A stretch of DNA of 63,502 bases, counting the filler, from Olpidium bornovanus S191 (taxonomy: Eukaryota > Fungi > Olpidiomycota), in assembly GCA_017911155.1 (NCBI GenBank). It is 28 parts of 28 records of this genome, joined end to end, with 100 filler letters (N's around TTAATTAATTAA, not from the genome) between each part and the next. Parts side by side here need not be neighbours in the genome. Positions count along the whole stretch, not along the records: positions 22,740 to 26,858 come from JAEFCI010004047.1; positions 26,959 to 28,033 come from JAEFCI010000227.1; positions 28,134 to 29,152 come from JAEFCI010007547.1; positions 29,253 to 33,583 come from JAEFCI010011422.1; positions 33,684 to 36,775 come from JAEFCI010001849.1; 23 more parts are not named here. One strand, given 5' to 3'. How positions within the stretch are numbered: the stretch's first letter is position 1; every line of letters starts with the position of its first letter. The notes beneath the pieces are model-generated. The model ran no database searches and was not told the origin of the DNA. It was given only the letters and a program-made list of their open reading frames with translations. A program made the position numbers and the translations under genes. Of this stretch, positions 22,740 through 33,959 are shown piece after piece.

Positions 22740-23300
22740 CTCGTATTGCGAGCCGTAATGTTGACGGAGCAGTTCCTTCATCGATGCCCATGATTCCTCG
22801 TTGCCAGTGTCGACGTGGGCGAACCACAAGGATTCTGGAGGGCCGGTTAGTTTATTAACAGCGATCATAAGTTGCAGTGTCGAAGATGTCTGCGCAAACG
22901 TAAAATACATGTCGAGTTTGCTGTATGAAGGAGCGTAGTTGGCTAGTACCTCCAGTCCCGTCGAACTTCGCGATATCAGCGAGCGTAGAGCGAACTGATT
23001 TGGCGGACTCGGTAAGAGGTGACAAGGTTTTGCGCTGATCGCGATGACGATGCGGACGGTCTGAACGATCTTTGTCGCGGAGAAGGGCAGCGACTTGGGC
23101 CTTAAGGATTTCGATGTCTTCAGCATGTGGTGATTGGTGACGGTCTGATGGCGACGCAACCGCGGGAGGCGGTGAAGGCGTGTTAGAGTCGAAACCAAGG
23201 TCACTTTGAAAGTGTTGCCTGGAGAAGATGGCGCCTCTGCTAGGCTTGGCGGCGCTTGACTGTCCGTCGGGTTGACGTTCGTCCTCAAAAGGCATGGTAA
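22740..23300 (-). mobile_element. Frameshifted retrotransposon gag (capsid-like) fragment
   Basis: LADIAKFDGTGGTSQLRSFIQQ / DMYFTFAQTSSTLQLMIAVNKLTGPPESLWF...SWASMKELLRQHYG. It lies downstream of a PBS at 23882-23893. Confidence 0.7.
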
Positions 23301-23344
23301 AAAGGGAGAAAAAAAAGGGGGTTGCGTGGAATCACAAGCGGTTG

Positions 23345-23830
23345 GTGTCGTCAAAAGCAGCGGCGAAAGCGAACGCGGCGGCAAAAAGCGGCGGAAAAGC
23401 GCAGCGGCGGCGGCGGCGAAAAGCGGCGAAGAGCGCAGCGGCGGCGGCGGCGAAAAGCGGCGGAAAAGCGCAGCGGCTGCCGGAAAGCGGCGGCGATGGT
23501 GAGCGGCGGCTGCGGCGGCGGCGGCGAAGAGCGGCGGAAAAGCGCAGCGGCGGCGGCGGCGAAAAGCGCAGCGGCTGCCGGAAAGCGGCGGCGATGGTGA
23601 GCGGCGGCTGCGGCGGCGGCAGTGAGCGGCGGCTGCGGCGGCGGCAGTGAGCAGCGGCTGCGGCGGCGGCGAAAAGCGGCGGAAAAGCGCAGCGTCGGAT
23701 GGCAGATGCGCAGCGGCGGCGAAAAAGCGCAGCGGCGTCGGGAAAAAGCAGCGGCTGCGGCGGTGGCGGCCGGGGAGCTCGGAAAGATGGCGGCTGCGCA
23801 GCTGAGTGAGGGCTGCGGCGGCCGGAGAGG
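23345..23830. repeat. GC-rich low-complexity repeats (GCGGCGGCGAAAAGCG-like) in the retroelement leader
   Basis: Recurrent gcggcggcgaaaagcggcggaaaagcgcagcggc modules. Confidence 0.8.
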
Positions 23831-23881
23831 GAGACGGACGGAGCGCCGACGCGTCAACGGGAGGGGAAGGGGCGTCCCGTT

Positions 23882-23968
23882 GGGCTTATAACCTGTTAAG
23901 TTATGTGTTTTCGCCACGGGGGGCGTTGTATTGTACAGGGGAATTTACGCGTTATAAGGACTGAAACA
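23882..23968 (-). mobile_element. Half-tRNA-iMet-type PBS (GGTTATAAGCCC, 23893 to 23882) directly after a short candidate LTR (TGTTTC...TTAACA, 23968 to 23894)
   Basis: Minus strand ...CTTAACA|GGTTATAAGCCCAAACGGGAC. Confidence 0.55.
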
Positions 23969-24661
23969 TTAAGGGGTTCCGACTAACCGCCGGGGACCCA
24001 AACGAGAAGGAAGAAAAGAAAAGGAGAAATTCCAACAATATTCGCTACGGCGCCGGCCATGGCAGCCGCGCCTTGGCCACGAGATCAGGTCACCATGATT
24101 GGCGAGCGGCGCACGGCGGTGGCGGCGACGCGCAGCGGCGGGCGCGCGGCGGTGATGAGCGGCCGGCGGCGGCGACTGCGGCAATGGCGCAGCGGCGACG
24201 GCGCTTGCGCGGCGGCGGCGAGGCGGGCGCGCAGCGGCGGTGAGCGCCCGGGGGCGGTGGCTGGGGCGGGCGCGCAGCGGTGACGGCGGTTGTGCGGATG
24301 GAGGGAGCGCAGCTGCGGGGGGGCGGCGGCTGCGGCGGGCGCGCGGCGGCGGCGGCGGGTGCGTGGATGGAGGGAGCGCAGCTGCGGCGGGGTCGTCAGA
24401 GTCCCGTTGGGCTCATAATCTTTCGTTTGGTTTCGCCTTTTGTTTTGTATTTTCCGCTCCTGGGGGTTTCTCGTTGTCCTCGATTACAGGCCATATATGA
24501 CGACACCCACAGCTGCCCGTTCTAGCCTGCCGAAATCCCGTCGGAGACGAAAGTCACCCGACACCGGGCAATATGCACATGACGGGATCAAATTATCACC
24601 CTTGCCATTGCCTTTGCTGCCGGCGTTGCCGGCACGACGTCCCCCACCTGGCCGTGAGAGG

Positions 24662-25417
24662 TCAGTCCTGCCCTTTTCCTTTTGACTTGCCCTTAGACGA
24701 TTTGCCGTTGGTCGGAGCGGCGTTCGCTGATGCAGGCGGGCGATTGTCACTCTTGTCTGGCTTTTCTGTCCCAATCGCTTTGCCCATACGGAGGGCGATC
24801 GACTGCAAGTACTCCATCGATGAACGATGAGTCGGATCCGAGAGTACTGCTATCTTGACCCGTTGATCCAATCTGTTGATGTATGCTTGCTTCACCAGCG
24901 ACTCCGATACGACTCCCTCCAGCGAGATTGCCAGCTTGTTAAAGGAGAGATTGTACGCATGGACCGATCGAGACTTCTGCTGGCACGCATGAAGTTTCTC
25001 GTAGGTATCAAGTTCAAAGTCCGGAGGTAGGAACTTTGAGCATAGAGCCGCCTTGAAGTCGTCCCATGAGCGAATGCGCATGGGATCGTCGTTCGAGTAC
25101 TTGCGCTTGTTGCTGATGTACAGCGAGTGCGCGTCACCGATCAAATTCTGGACGGCAACTTGCAGGTAAAGTTTGGAAGGTAGATTCATGACTTTTTTTA
25201 AAATCCTTGAGCTTCTCCTCGAACGCCAGAAGCCGTTGCTGGCTGCCAGCGCTGTCGTACGGGTTGATGTCTGCGAGCATTGTCTTGCCTGCATCGCGTA
25301 TCGCCCGTGCGCGCTCTTTGTCGATTGATCTGCTGCGAGATCGATGCCGACTTGATTTTTTGTCGCGAGGTCTGCACCGGCGATCGGCAGATCTTGTGTC
25401 TGAATCGGGTCCATCAT
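24662..25417 (-). mobile_element. Ty3/gypsy Retrotrans_gag ORF (ends prematurely)
   Basis: AVQNLIGDAHSLY...IRSWDDFKAALCSKFLPPDFE...KLHACQQKSRSVHAYNLSFNKLA...LVKQAYINRLDQRVK. Confidence 0.88.
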
Positions 25418-25518
25418 TGCCTGATGGATCAGACGGATCGGGGCTTGACGAACGACGACCGCGATGACCCTCGGATTTGAATGATCTCAGGGATCCAGAG
25501 GTTTTGATTGAATGTGAG

Positions 25519-25813
25519 TGTCACGGCGCGTGCTACGGTGGCGTCAAACCCCTCTCAGGCTACGTCAAGCCTTTATCAGGGGCAGCCCACCAAGCGCAAA
25601 GTCATGTGACCTTGAAATCGTCAAGATCACTAGACACACCAGTGTGTCTAGTCGCGACGTCACGTGACCTCCAGATCAAGACCTAGACCAAGACCTAGAC
25701 GGTGTATATAGTGCGCCAGCACTGTGGTAAGCCGTAGCATCGGTGAATTCCTACCACGCTGTGGCTGCAGAGAATAATTCCAAGGCCCGGTGTCGGGGTT
25801 GAATTACGTGACA
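25519..25813. mobile_element. Candidate 295-bp LTR bounded by perfect 7-bp inverted termini TGTCACG...CGTGACA
   Basis: It sits about 100 bp upstream of the gag ATG and contains an 11-bp hairpin (25629-25652), GTCACGTGAC and a TATATA. No TSD or PBS was seen. Confidence 0.55.
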
Positions 25814-26759
25814 GTCCTGTTTAGCTTTGGCCGTGTTTAGCTTTTCCCGCCTGTCACCGCCACTCTTAGTTTCCCCCGCTTCTCACCGCTACCCTACCCC
25901 AGTAGTTTGCTACGATCTTGAGTGAATAAAAAGAGACCAGACGAAAGCTCCCTGCGCGGCCCACCACATCTGTTAGCAACGCCTAGCCTCCTGTTCAGCA
26001 ACAGTACGTCCGTCCGCAACTCGAGGGACTGCCCGCTGCCGCGTGAGACGCCGCCGTGGGAGAGAAGAGTTTGCCAGGACGTTGAGCCTAGGAGGAGGTT
26101 GACTCGGTTGAGCCGCGGGGAGGGAAGCGTTCGTTCCGCCGCCGCGCCGCCCGCGGGAGAAGAAAGTGCCCGCCGCCTGCGGGAGAAAAGAGTTCGCTTT
26201 CGCTCCGCCACCGCTTGCGCGAAGAGAAAAGTTCATTCTGCCCGCCGCCCGGGGGAGAGGAGCTCGTTCTGCTCGCCGCCGCACCGGCGCGAGAAAGGAG
26301 AGTTAGTTCCGCCCGCCGCGCCGCCGCGCCGCCCGCGGGAGAAAAGAGTTTGCTCCGCCCCCGCCTTCGCGGAAGAGGAGAGAGTGCGCCGCTTCCGCGA
26401 GAGAGGAGTTCGTCCTGCTTGCCATCGCGTTCTGCTCGCCGCCACGTGAGGAGCTCGCCGCCTCGTAAGGAACTCGTCGCCGCTTTCGCCCGCGGGAGGG
26501 AAGAGTTCTTTCTGCCCTGCCGCCGCTGTGGAAGAGAAAAAGAAAGGCTTTTTCTGCGCGCCGCCTCCGTGGGAGAGGAGTTCGTTCTGTCGCCACACCG
26601 CCGCAGGCAAGAACAGGAGAAAGAAGCTTGTTTTTCCCCGCCTGCCTTTACGAAGGAGGAGGGGCACCTGGCAAATGCTTGCGTAATACTGCCAGGTTGC
26701 TTAGCTGGTCTGCGTATAGACCAACTCACTCGGCGACTTTTTCTCGTGTCTGTTACAAC

Positions 26760-26858
26760 CATGCCTCACCGCACCTTCGCCGCCAACACGTTATGCCTTC
26801 CCACGTTCGGAGGTCGCCACCGTGAAGACTTTTTTGAATTCAAGGAAGAATTCCTTGC
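26760..26858 (+). mobile_element. Start of another retrotransposon gag
   Basis: MPHRTFAANTLCLPTFGGRHREDFFEFKEEFL resembles the LPxFxG...f..w N-terminal gag motif. It is preceded by a GC-rich repetitive leader (about 26.0-26.65 kb). Confidence 0.45.
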
Positions 26859-28244
26859 NNNNNNNNNNNNNNNNNNNNNNNNNNNNNNNNNNNNNNNNNN
26901 NNTTAATTAATTAANNNNNNNNNNNNNNNNNNNNNNNNNNNNNNNNNNNNNNNNNNNNCCTCCCCTCCCCTCTTCGGTCGAGCTGCGTCTGCCAGCCCGC
27001 TTTCCGCTCCCGCTCCCCTCTTCCCTTCTTCTCCATTTTCTTCCACACTCCCCTCTTTATTTCTGTTCTCCTCTTTTCAACTTTCTTTTCCCCATATTTT
27101 TTTTATTCTTTTTTCTTTTCTTTTTTTGTTATTCTTTCTTTCCTTTTTTTATCTTTCCTCTCTTTTCTTTCATTTTTCGTTTTTCGTTTTTCGTTTTTCC
27201 TTTTCTTCTTTGTTTGCTTTTACCGCTCTCTTCCTGTTATTTTTCTCTCTTGGAAGAAAACAGTCGGGGGAGAAAATCTTCGACGTCCGGCGTGGGAGGA
27301 AGGAAACGTTAGCACAAGGAGACTATGACGAAGCATTCCGCTCAAAAGAAAAATAAAACCCATCGACCAGTCTGGCTGGGAAGGTCGAACAAGCCTTCAG
27401 GACCGGCAATGGGCTCTAAAAACCAAAGTCGGCGCGGGGGACGTTGACAAAACGGGGAACTCCTGCGTTTTGAAAACTCCGTCTTTTTTTTGCTTGGTGC
27501 AGATACGTGATACTTTTTTTGACTTCGGCGAAACGGGACGGAGCTTCGCTTTTTTGTTTTCCTTTTTTTTTCCCTAAAAACGATGGAACCGAAACGACGG
27601 ACTGCCAGACCTACTTTTGCTTGAATCTTGCGTCGAAATGATACACCGTTTGCAAAGGCAGCTCAGGCAGTACTAATGGACATTTGAGTGGCGGTGGTCG
27701 GTCGAATGAAAAAGGGAAGAAAGGAACGGAGGGGGGGCGGAGTCGGTTAAAGTATGCGGGACAGCCTTGCCGATCATTTCGTTATTGAACGGGGGGCGGG
27801 AGTTGCCCACTTGAGGGAGAGGCGCTGGGCCGCGTCGAACGCGGGTGTGTGTGTGTGGGGGGGGGGGGGGGGGGGGGGGGGTTTTCCAACGAGAGGGGGG
27901 GGGGACAAAAAAGGCTCCGTGCGGGCGCCCCGGCCCCCCAGGGCAAGAAATTGCCCGACAACCCGCCCCCTCGCGACATTCCCCGCTTAGTCGAGGGACA
28001 TGTTGCAAACTATGAATACGCAAAGGAGGGACCNNNNNNNNNNNNNNNNNNNNNNNNNNNNNNNNNNNNNNNNNNNNTTAATTAATTAANNNNNNNNNNN
28101 NNNNNNNNNNNNNNNNNNNNNNNNNNNNNNNNNCGCGATCAAATCGGTGGTGTTGTGATCTGATTTTTCCCTTTTTTACTGTTTCGTCGGACGGAACGCT
28201 CCCCCGCTGGCAACCGGTTGCGTTTCCGAACGCGGAACGAACAG

Positions 28245-28899
28245 GCGAGACATGGAACGTGACCAAGATCGGCTATCAGCTGAAGCAGGTGCGGGAACGG
28301 CTGGCCAAGGGCCTGGTAGATAAGGGGGTGCTTCGGACGGAGAAACGCAACTTCCTCCTTTTCGATATGGCGACGCACCCGGTGGCGGACTCCAGCGCGA
28401 AGGAGGAACTGGTGCGGCGGGTACGCGAGACGCTCCTGGCGCGGCATCCGCCGCCGCGAGCACACAGCGTCCGAGAGAACCTGGCGCGCTTACGGACGGT
28501 GTCGGCGGTGTGCGCGTCGTACGCGGCCAACGTGCTCGACAACGCACTTTCTGGGCTGCCCCACGATGCGCGAGAGTACGCGTATTCCCGCGTCGACGAG
28601 ACGCTCGCCGAGTACTCGGTCTGGCCGCCTGGCAGCGGCGACACTGCTTACGGCGGCAGAAACGAGAGCGCGACGATGGGCGACGGTGAAGACGCCGAGA
28701 AGGTGGGGAGCGGAAGAGAGGTCGTCAGCGCCGTTCTGTGCGTTTTCACAAAGGTGCGTACCCGGATCGTTTGGACATCCCCGCACGCCCTGCGTACGGC
28801 GCTGCCGTCCGAAAATCGATCGGCGACTGCGCGTTGACACTTGGGTTTTGGCACGGCCTTCGTTTGAATCCCCCGCGACAAAAGATGGACAGCTTGTGA
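28245..28899 (+). CDS. VPS74: Golgi phosphoprotein 3 / Vps74, C-terminal exons (28245-28753, 28885-28899)
   Basis: GETWNVTKIGYQLKQVRERLAKGLVDKGVLRTEKRNFLLFDMATHPVAD...CASYAANVLDNAL...VFTK|MDSL*. Confidence 0.95.
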
Positions 28900-29374
28900 G
28901 TGTCGGCCTCTGTTGGGGGGGTTCGCACTGGTTTCTGCCGTGTGGACTCAGCTTGTTTTGAACAACACAGACTATAACTTCTTGCCCGTCAAGTCTACTG
29001 GATAATCCTCCCTGTTTATTCGCTTTTCTTCCCCGTCGTTGCAGTCCTTGCTGTTCCAAGGTTTTCCGTACCTTTATTCCCTCGAAATTCTTTGCATCAC
29101 CCTCCGTTCAGACGCCCTCCTCCTCCTCGTCATCGCCCTCGTCCTTCTCCTCNNNNNNNNNNNNNNNNNNNNNNNNNNNNNNNNNNNNNNNNNNNNTTAA
29201 TTAATTAANNNNNNNNNNNNNNNNNNNNNNNNNNNNNNNNNNNNNNNNNNNNTGCGTGCGCGAGAGGGAGTGGGCCAAAAAAAAAAAAAAAAATGCTCGC
29301 CCAACGCCGGAGAACCACAAAAGCACGGTGCAATTTGAGGGAACGATCACCGGACAAAAAAAAAAAAGAAAAAG

Positions 29375-32300
29375 ATGACATCGCCGGCGCCCGTCCAGAT
29401 CACGCCGTCGCGCCTTGCGTTGCGCTACGAGGTTCCCGCCCTGTACTTGGAGTACACCCTGCTGGACTCTGGTACAGTAGTCTATGCAAGCGGCCGCAAC
29501 GCAAGTTGACGAGTGCCGGACCGAGAAAAAATAACGAAAAAGCGCAAACTGGGTCTTTTCTCCGCCCTTTCTCTTCCCGTCCCCCGCACCCGTCCCCGTC
29601 CCCGTACCGTCGTCCGTTTTGACGTTTTAACGCCTTGCCTGCCCCGCCCTACCACTCGCCCGCAGCGCTCGAGGAGCATCGCCGGCGGCGGAAGATCCCG
29701 CTCCGCGGCCTGGAGGCGTCCCTGCGGGCCGACGGCAACGTCAGCGCCTACTCGCTTGCGAGCGAGGTCCTCGACCGCCACCGGCCGTACCTCGAAAAGG
29801 TCCAGTTCTCGCAGCTCGAGCGCCTGGTCCAAACGATCATCGACAAAACCGCCGTGCGCGTGCTCTTCGCCGAGAAGAGTTCTCGCAAGTTCCAGCTCGC
29901 CGGCGCGGGGTCGGCAGCGGCGGCGGATTCCACGGAACGGCGGCCGGACGACGGGGACCCGCGCGGTCCAGGAAGGCCGCCGGGAACCGCGGCGCCAAGG
30001 GTGGGAGTGTCCCCCGGATCGCCCCGCGGCGTTGTTGATCATAACAAGCAGCCCTGCGGCGTCGCGACGCCCGGCGCTTCCGGTGACGCTTCCGCCCCGC
30101 CCGGTGCCCCGGGGCGACAACCGTTCGGCCCCGCGAAGTCGTTCGATGCCGGCGGTCCGTGGCTTCCGCAGGGAGAGCCGCCGCCGCCGCCCGCGGCTTC
30201 CCGCGGCGAACGCCCCTTTCCGTCGGCGGTGGGGGCGGAGGCGGCGCCCGCCGGCGGCGAACTCTTTTCGCCTCTCTTTCCCGACTTCGGGGGCGCCGCC
30301 CGAGAGGGAACACCCGGGACCGCCGCTGCCGCGACCGCCGCCGGGGGACCAGACGATAAGGTGCGGGGCCGCCCGCCGTATCTTTTGATCTGAAAGTCGG
30401 AAGAAAAAACGAAAAAAGGCATGGCTAAAAAAAAAAAGAAAGAAAGAAACGAAAGCAAGCTCAGATCCGGTTCCCCCCTTGTGGAACTGCGCCCGCGAAA
30501 ATTTCGCAGCTTATGGAGGTCAGCCCACCCGCGCGGTCGACAAACCCGTTTTGGTCGGGTTCGGCGTCGGCCGGTGCGACGAGCGCAGAGAAGACGATTC
30601 TCACCACGGTCACGAAGGACACCGATCTCAACAAACTGGAGTGCGTCTTCCCCCCCCCCGTTTTATCCAGAATTATTTTTTTGGCTACTCCGACATCGAC
30701 GCGCGGTCCGCAAAAAGGAGCCTTGTTTTTATCATTCGGCGCTGATTCGTTTTATTTTATTTTTTTTTTTGACTGGCAGTGATCGGGAGTTGACGCTTGT
30801 GAAAAGCCAAATGGAGTCGAGTTTCCAGAAGAACAGGCTTCTTCCCACGGACGCCGGGTACGTGTACGACAAGGAAGTCGAGTTCGGACCCTCCGACCGA
30901 GCTTCTGAGTGGGATGACGAGCCGGTTACTTCCGCTCCGGCGGCACCCCAGGCGGGCTTCGCCAAAACGAACCCCTGGTTTGGGGGGACTGCGGCCCTTT
31001 CGGCGGCGCCGACGGCCCTTCAGGTTATGCCGCCGTCGTCTCCCAATCAGCAACCGATAATGCCCGTGTTGGCCGGCGGGTGGACGGCACCGCGAGGACG
31101 CCTGCCGAGCCTGCTGGAGACGCCCCGCGAAGACACGAGCCGAGAATCCATCCCCGCGGAAGTCCAAGGGGGGGAAGCCGGGGAGGAGGATCCGAATTCC
31201 ACCCTGGAAGATTCGGTCTCGCGGGGCCGGCAGGCGCCGCCGCGTGAAGGGCCCCGCGGGGCAGAAAACGCGCCGTCTCCGTCACCGCCGCCGCCGCAGC
31301 TGCCGCCGCCGGCAGTAAGCCGGGAACAAACCGGCGAGACGGACGCCGCGGCCGCGGAGGATGATCTGGACATCGACGACATCCTGGAGGACGACGACGA
31401 TCCGCGCCAAAAGCGCGGCGCGTCGAGCCGGAGCGTGCTGGACGCTTCGACTGTAGATTTGGGGCGAGCGGATAAGGCCGGGGACGCCGCCGACGACGAC
31501 TCCCTTCGCCGACGTCCGAGCAGCGAGGAGGAACTGCGCGGCTGGAGGCGCGGCTTTTCCGAAGACATCCACGCTTCGTCCTCGCGTGACCTCGGCGCCG
31601 CCGGAAAGCGGCCGGACGTCGGCCGTCGCGGGCTCTCCTCGGGCTCGCTGCGTTCCGAGGGGCAGAGCGGTGCTGCCGAAACGGCGGCGACGGCGACGGG
31701 GAGCGGCAGCCGCCGGACATCGCTGGAGTCCGTGAAATCAGAAGGCGCGGCGGCGACCCCCCGCTGCCCGCCGCCGGAGCGGAGCAGGTCAGCGGGCGAC
31801 GTCGTCGCCTCCGGGGAGGCGACGCCGAGACCTGCGAGCGGGTCGGCGGGCAAATTGCACAAAGGGGCCGGGTTGGAGGACAGCATCTACCTGTCGACCG
31901 AAGACTCTTTCCCGGCGGCGGAGGAGGAAGAGGAGGAGGGGGCGGACGAGAGTGTCAAGGAGGAGCTGGCGAAATTTGCGTTTCCCGAGGGAAGATCGGA
32001 TTCCGTCCGGAACGAGGAGGACGATGACGAGGACGGAGCGCGCCGCCCGCCGGCGGCGGCAGAGAACCGAAGGCAGGACGGCGGACACCCGGGACCCGGG
32101 GCCTCCTCCTCCTCCCGGCACGACCGAGCGGAGAAGGCGGACGCGGCCGCGGACGAGGCCGACGACGACTTTTCCTTCCCGCAGAAGTCTTGGAACCCCG
32201 CCACCGCCGAGCGGCAGGCGTCGTCGCCTCCGGCAGCCAAGGGGCCGGAGCAGGCCGCCGCCGCTGCCGCCGTCGCCGTCGCGGAGGCTCCCGACGCGTT

Positions 32301-32653
32301 CAAATCGTCGTCCGCCTCAGTTCCGCCGCCCCCCTCGAGGCACCTCTCGAACCTCCCGCCGCTGCTGACGGGGAAGCCTCAGGTGGTGGCGCTGGATAGG
32401 GTGCACCGCTTGGAAGCCGAACTCCAGGACGTCATCGACCAGGGGGGTCCGCTGCCGGCGGGCCGCGGCGGCGAGCTCGACGAGGTGCCGGAGGAGGAGG
32501 ATGCCGACAACGACGCGGAAGAGGAAGATGAAGAGGAGGAGGAGGAGGAGGAGGATGGCGGGCCCGACGCCGCCACCACCGGCAATTCCCCTCCACCGAA
32601 GAACGCGCTTTCTCCACCACCTCCGGCGGCACCGCTGGTCACTGCCGCCGCCT

Positions 32654-32691
<38 letters not shown>

Positions 32692-32997
32692 CCTGGCGGG
32701 CCGCCGAAAGCGAAACATCTCTCCGACCTGCCGCCGCTGCGGAAAGCGGGAAGCCCTGGTCTCTTCGTGACGGGGCCGGAACCGCGAGAGCCGAGCGGGG
32801 CCGCCGACGCCGAAAGGACGGTGAGCCGGGAGGAGCTGGAGGATGAGGAAGGCGAGAGCTTCGTCGAGGAGGAGGTCGAGGAGGAGATAGAAGAGGAGGA
32901 GGAGGAGGAGGAAAAGGAAGAGAACGGGGGGTACTCAGACGACTTCGACGCCGATTTCGGCGCGGGAGACACGGACGACGCCCCCGCCGCCGCCACC

Positions 32998-33028
<31 letters not shown>

Positions 33029-33252
33029 GGGGAGGAGGAGGAGGAGGAGGAGGAGGAGAAAAGGAAGAACCCGGAAAGGCGGCGGCTGCGGCGGCGCGGA
33101 AGAAAACCCCGCCAGCGGCAGAGGAAGAAGAGGACGACGACGCGGACATCGTGTTCAGCGACGACGGGTTGGACCTCCTAAGCGACGGCGGCGGCGGCAG
33201 CGGCAGCGGCAGCGGCAGCGGCCACGCCGACGACAACGACGACGGGTTCTGA
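29375..33252 (+). CDS. CEP19: CEP19-like centriolar protein with a long insertion and an acidic C-terminal extension of about 790 aa; exons 29375-29471, 29666-30360, 30510-30640, 30780-33252
   Basis: N-terminus ITPSRLALRYEVPALYLEY...RRRKIPLR...RHRPYLEKVQFSQLERLV and core DLNKLD|DRELTLVKSQMESSFQKNRL...YVYDKEVEF...SEWDD match the two conserved CEP19 blocks. All three GT-AG introns restore the frame. Confidence 0.85.
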
Positions 33253-33510
33253 CGTGGGGCGGGGCGGGGCGGGGGGGGGGTGGTATTTTAATTTTATTTT
33301 GTTTTATTTTCGCCTATTTTTTATTTTTTTTATTTTTTTTTTATCTTATTTTATTTTTTTTTCGCTTCCGAAACGCGGGAAACGTCGATATACCACCGAA
33401 ATTTCGTTTCGGCACAAAAAAACACGATTTTGTCCAACACCCCCCCCCCACCTCAAAACGGTCCTGAAACTGTGGTGCCGAGGCGGGGCGGGGAAAAAAA
33501 AAAAAAAAAA

Positions 33511-33550
<40 letters not shown>

Positions 33551-33876
33551 ACCCCCCCCCCCCCCCCCCCCCCCAACAAACAANNNNNNNNNNNNNNNNN
33601 NNNNNNNNNNNNNNNNNNNNNNNNNNNTTAATTAATTAANNNNNNNNNNNNNNNNNNNNNNNNNNNNNNNNNNNNNNNNNNNNAATGGCTGCGCCGCTCG
33701 ACTGCGTGCGGGTACGACGACGACGACTATGGGCGCTGTGCGCGGATGCCCGTCGGGGCTCGCCCAGCCTCCCGTTGCATCCCAAAAGCCAGATTCCATC
33801 GACCGCCCCCCCCCCCCCTTTTTTTTTTTTTTTTTCTTTCATGCCCGGCGAAACCGAAGGGGGAGGGGAGAGGAGA

Positions 33877-33925
<49 letters not shown>

Positions 33926-33959
33926 GCAAGCGCCTCAAACGGGCTATCCTCCAGGCGAC

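Noticed and set aside
23294-24500. Arg/Ala/Gly-rich ORFs in several frames
   Set aside because: These are translations of GC-rich simple repeats in retroelement leaders, with no domain signal.
31025-33236. Long antisense ORFs opposite CEP19
   Set aside because: They are shadow ORFs caused by high GC3 and low-complexity coding sequence on the + strand.
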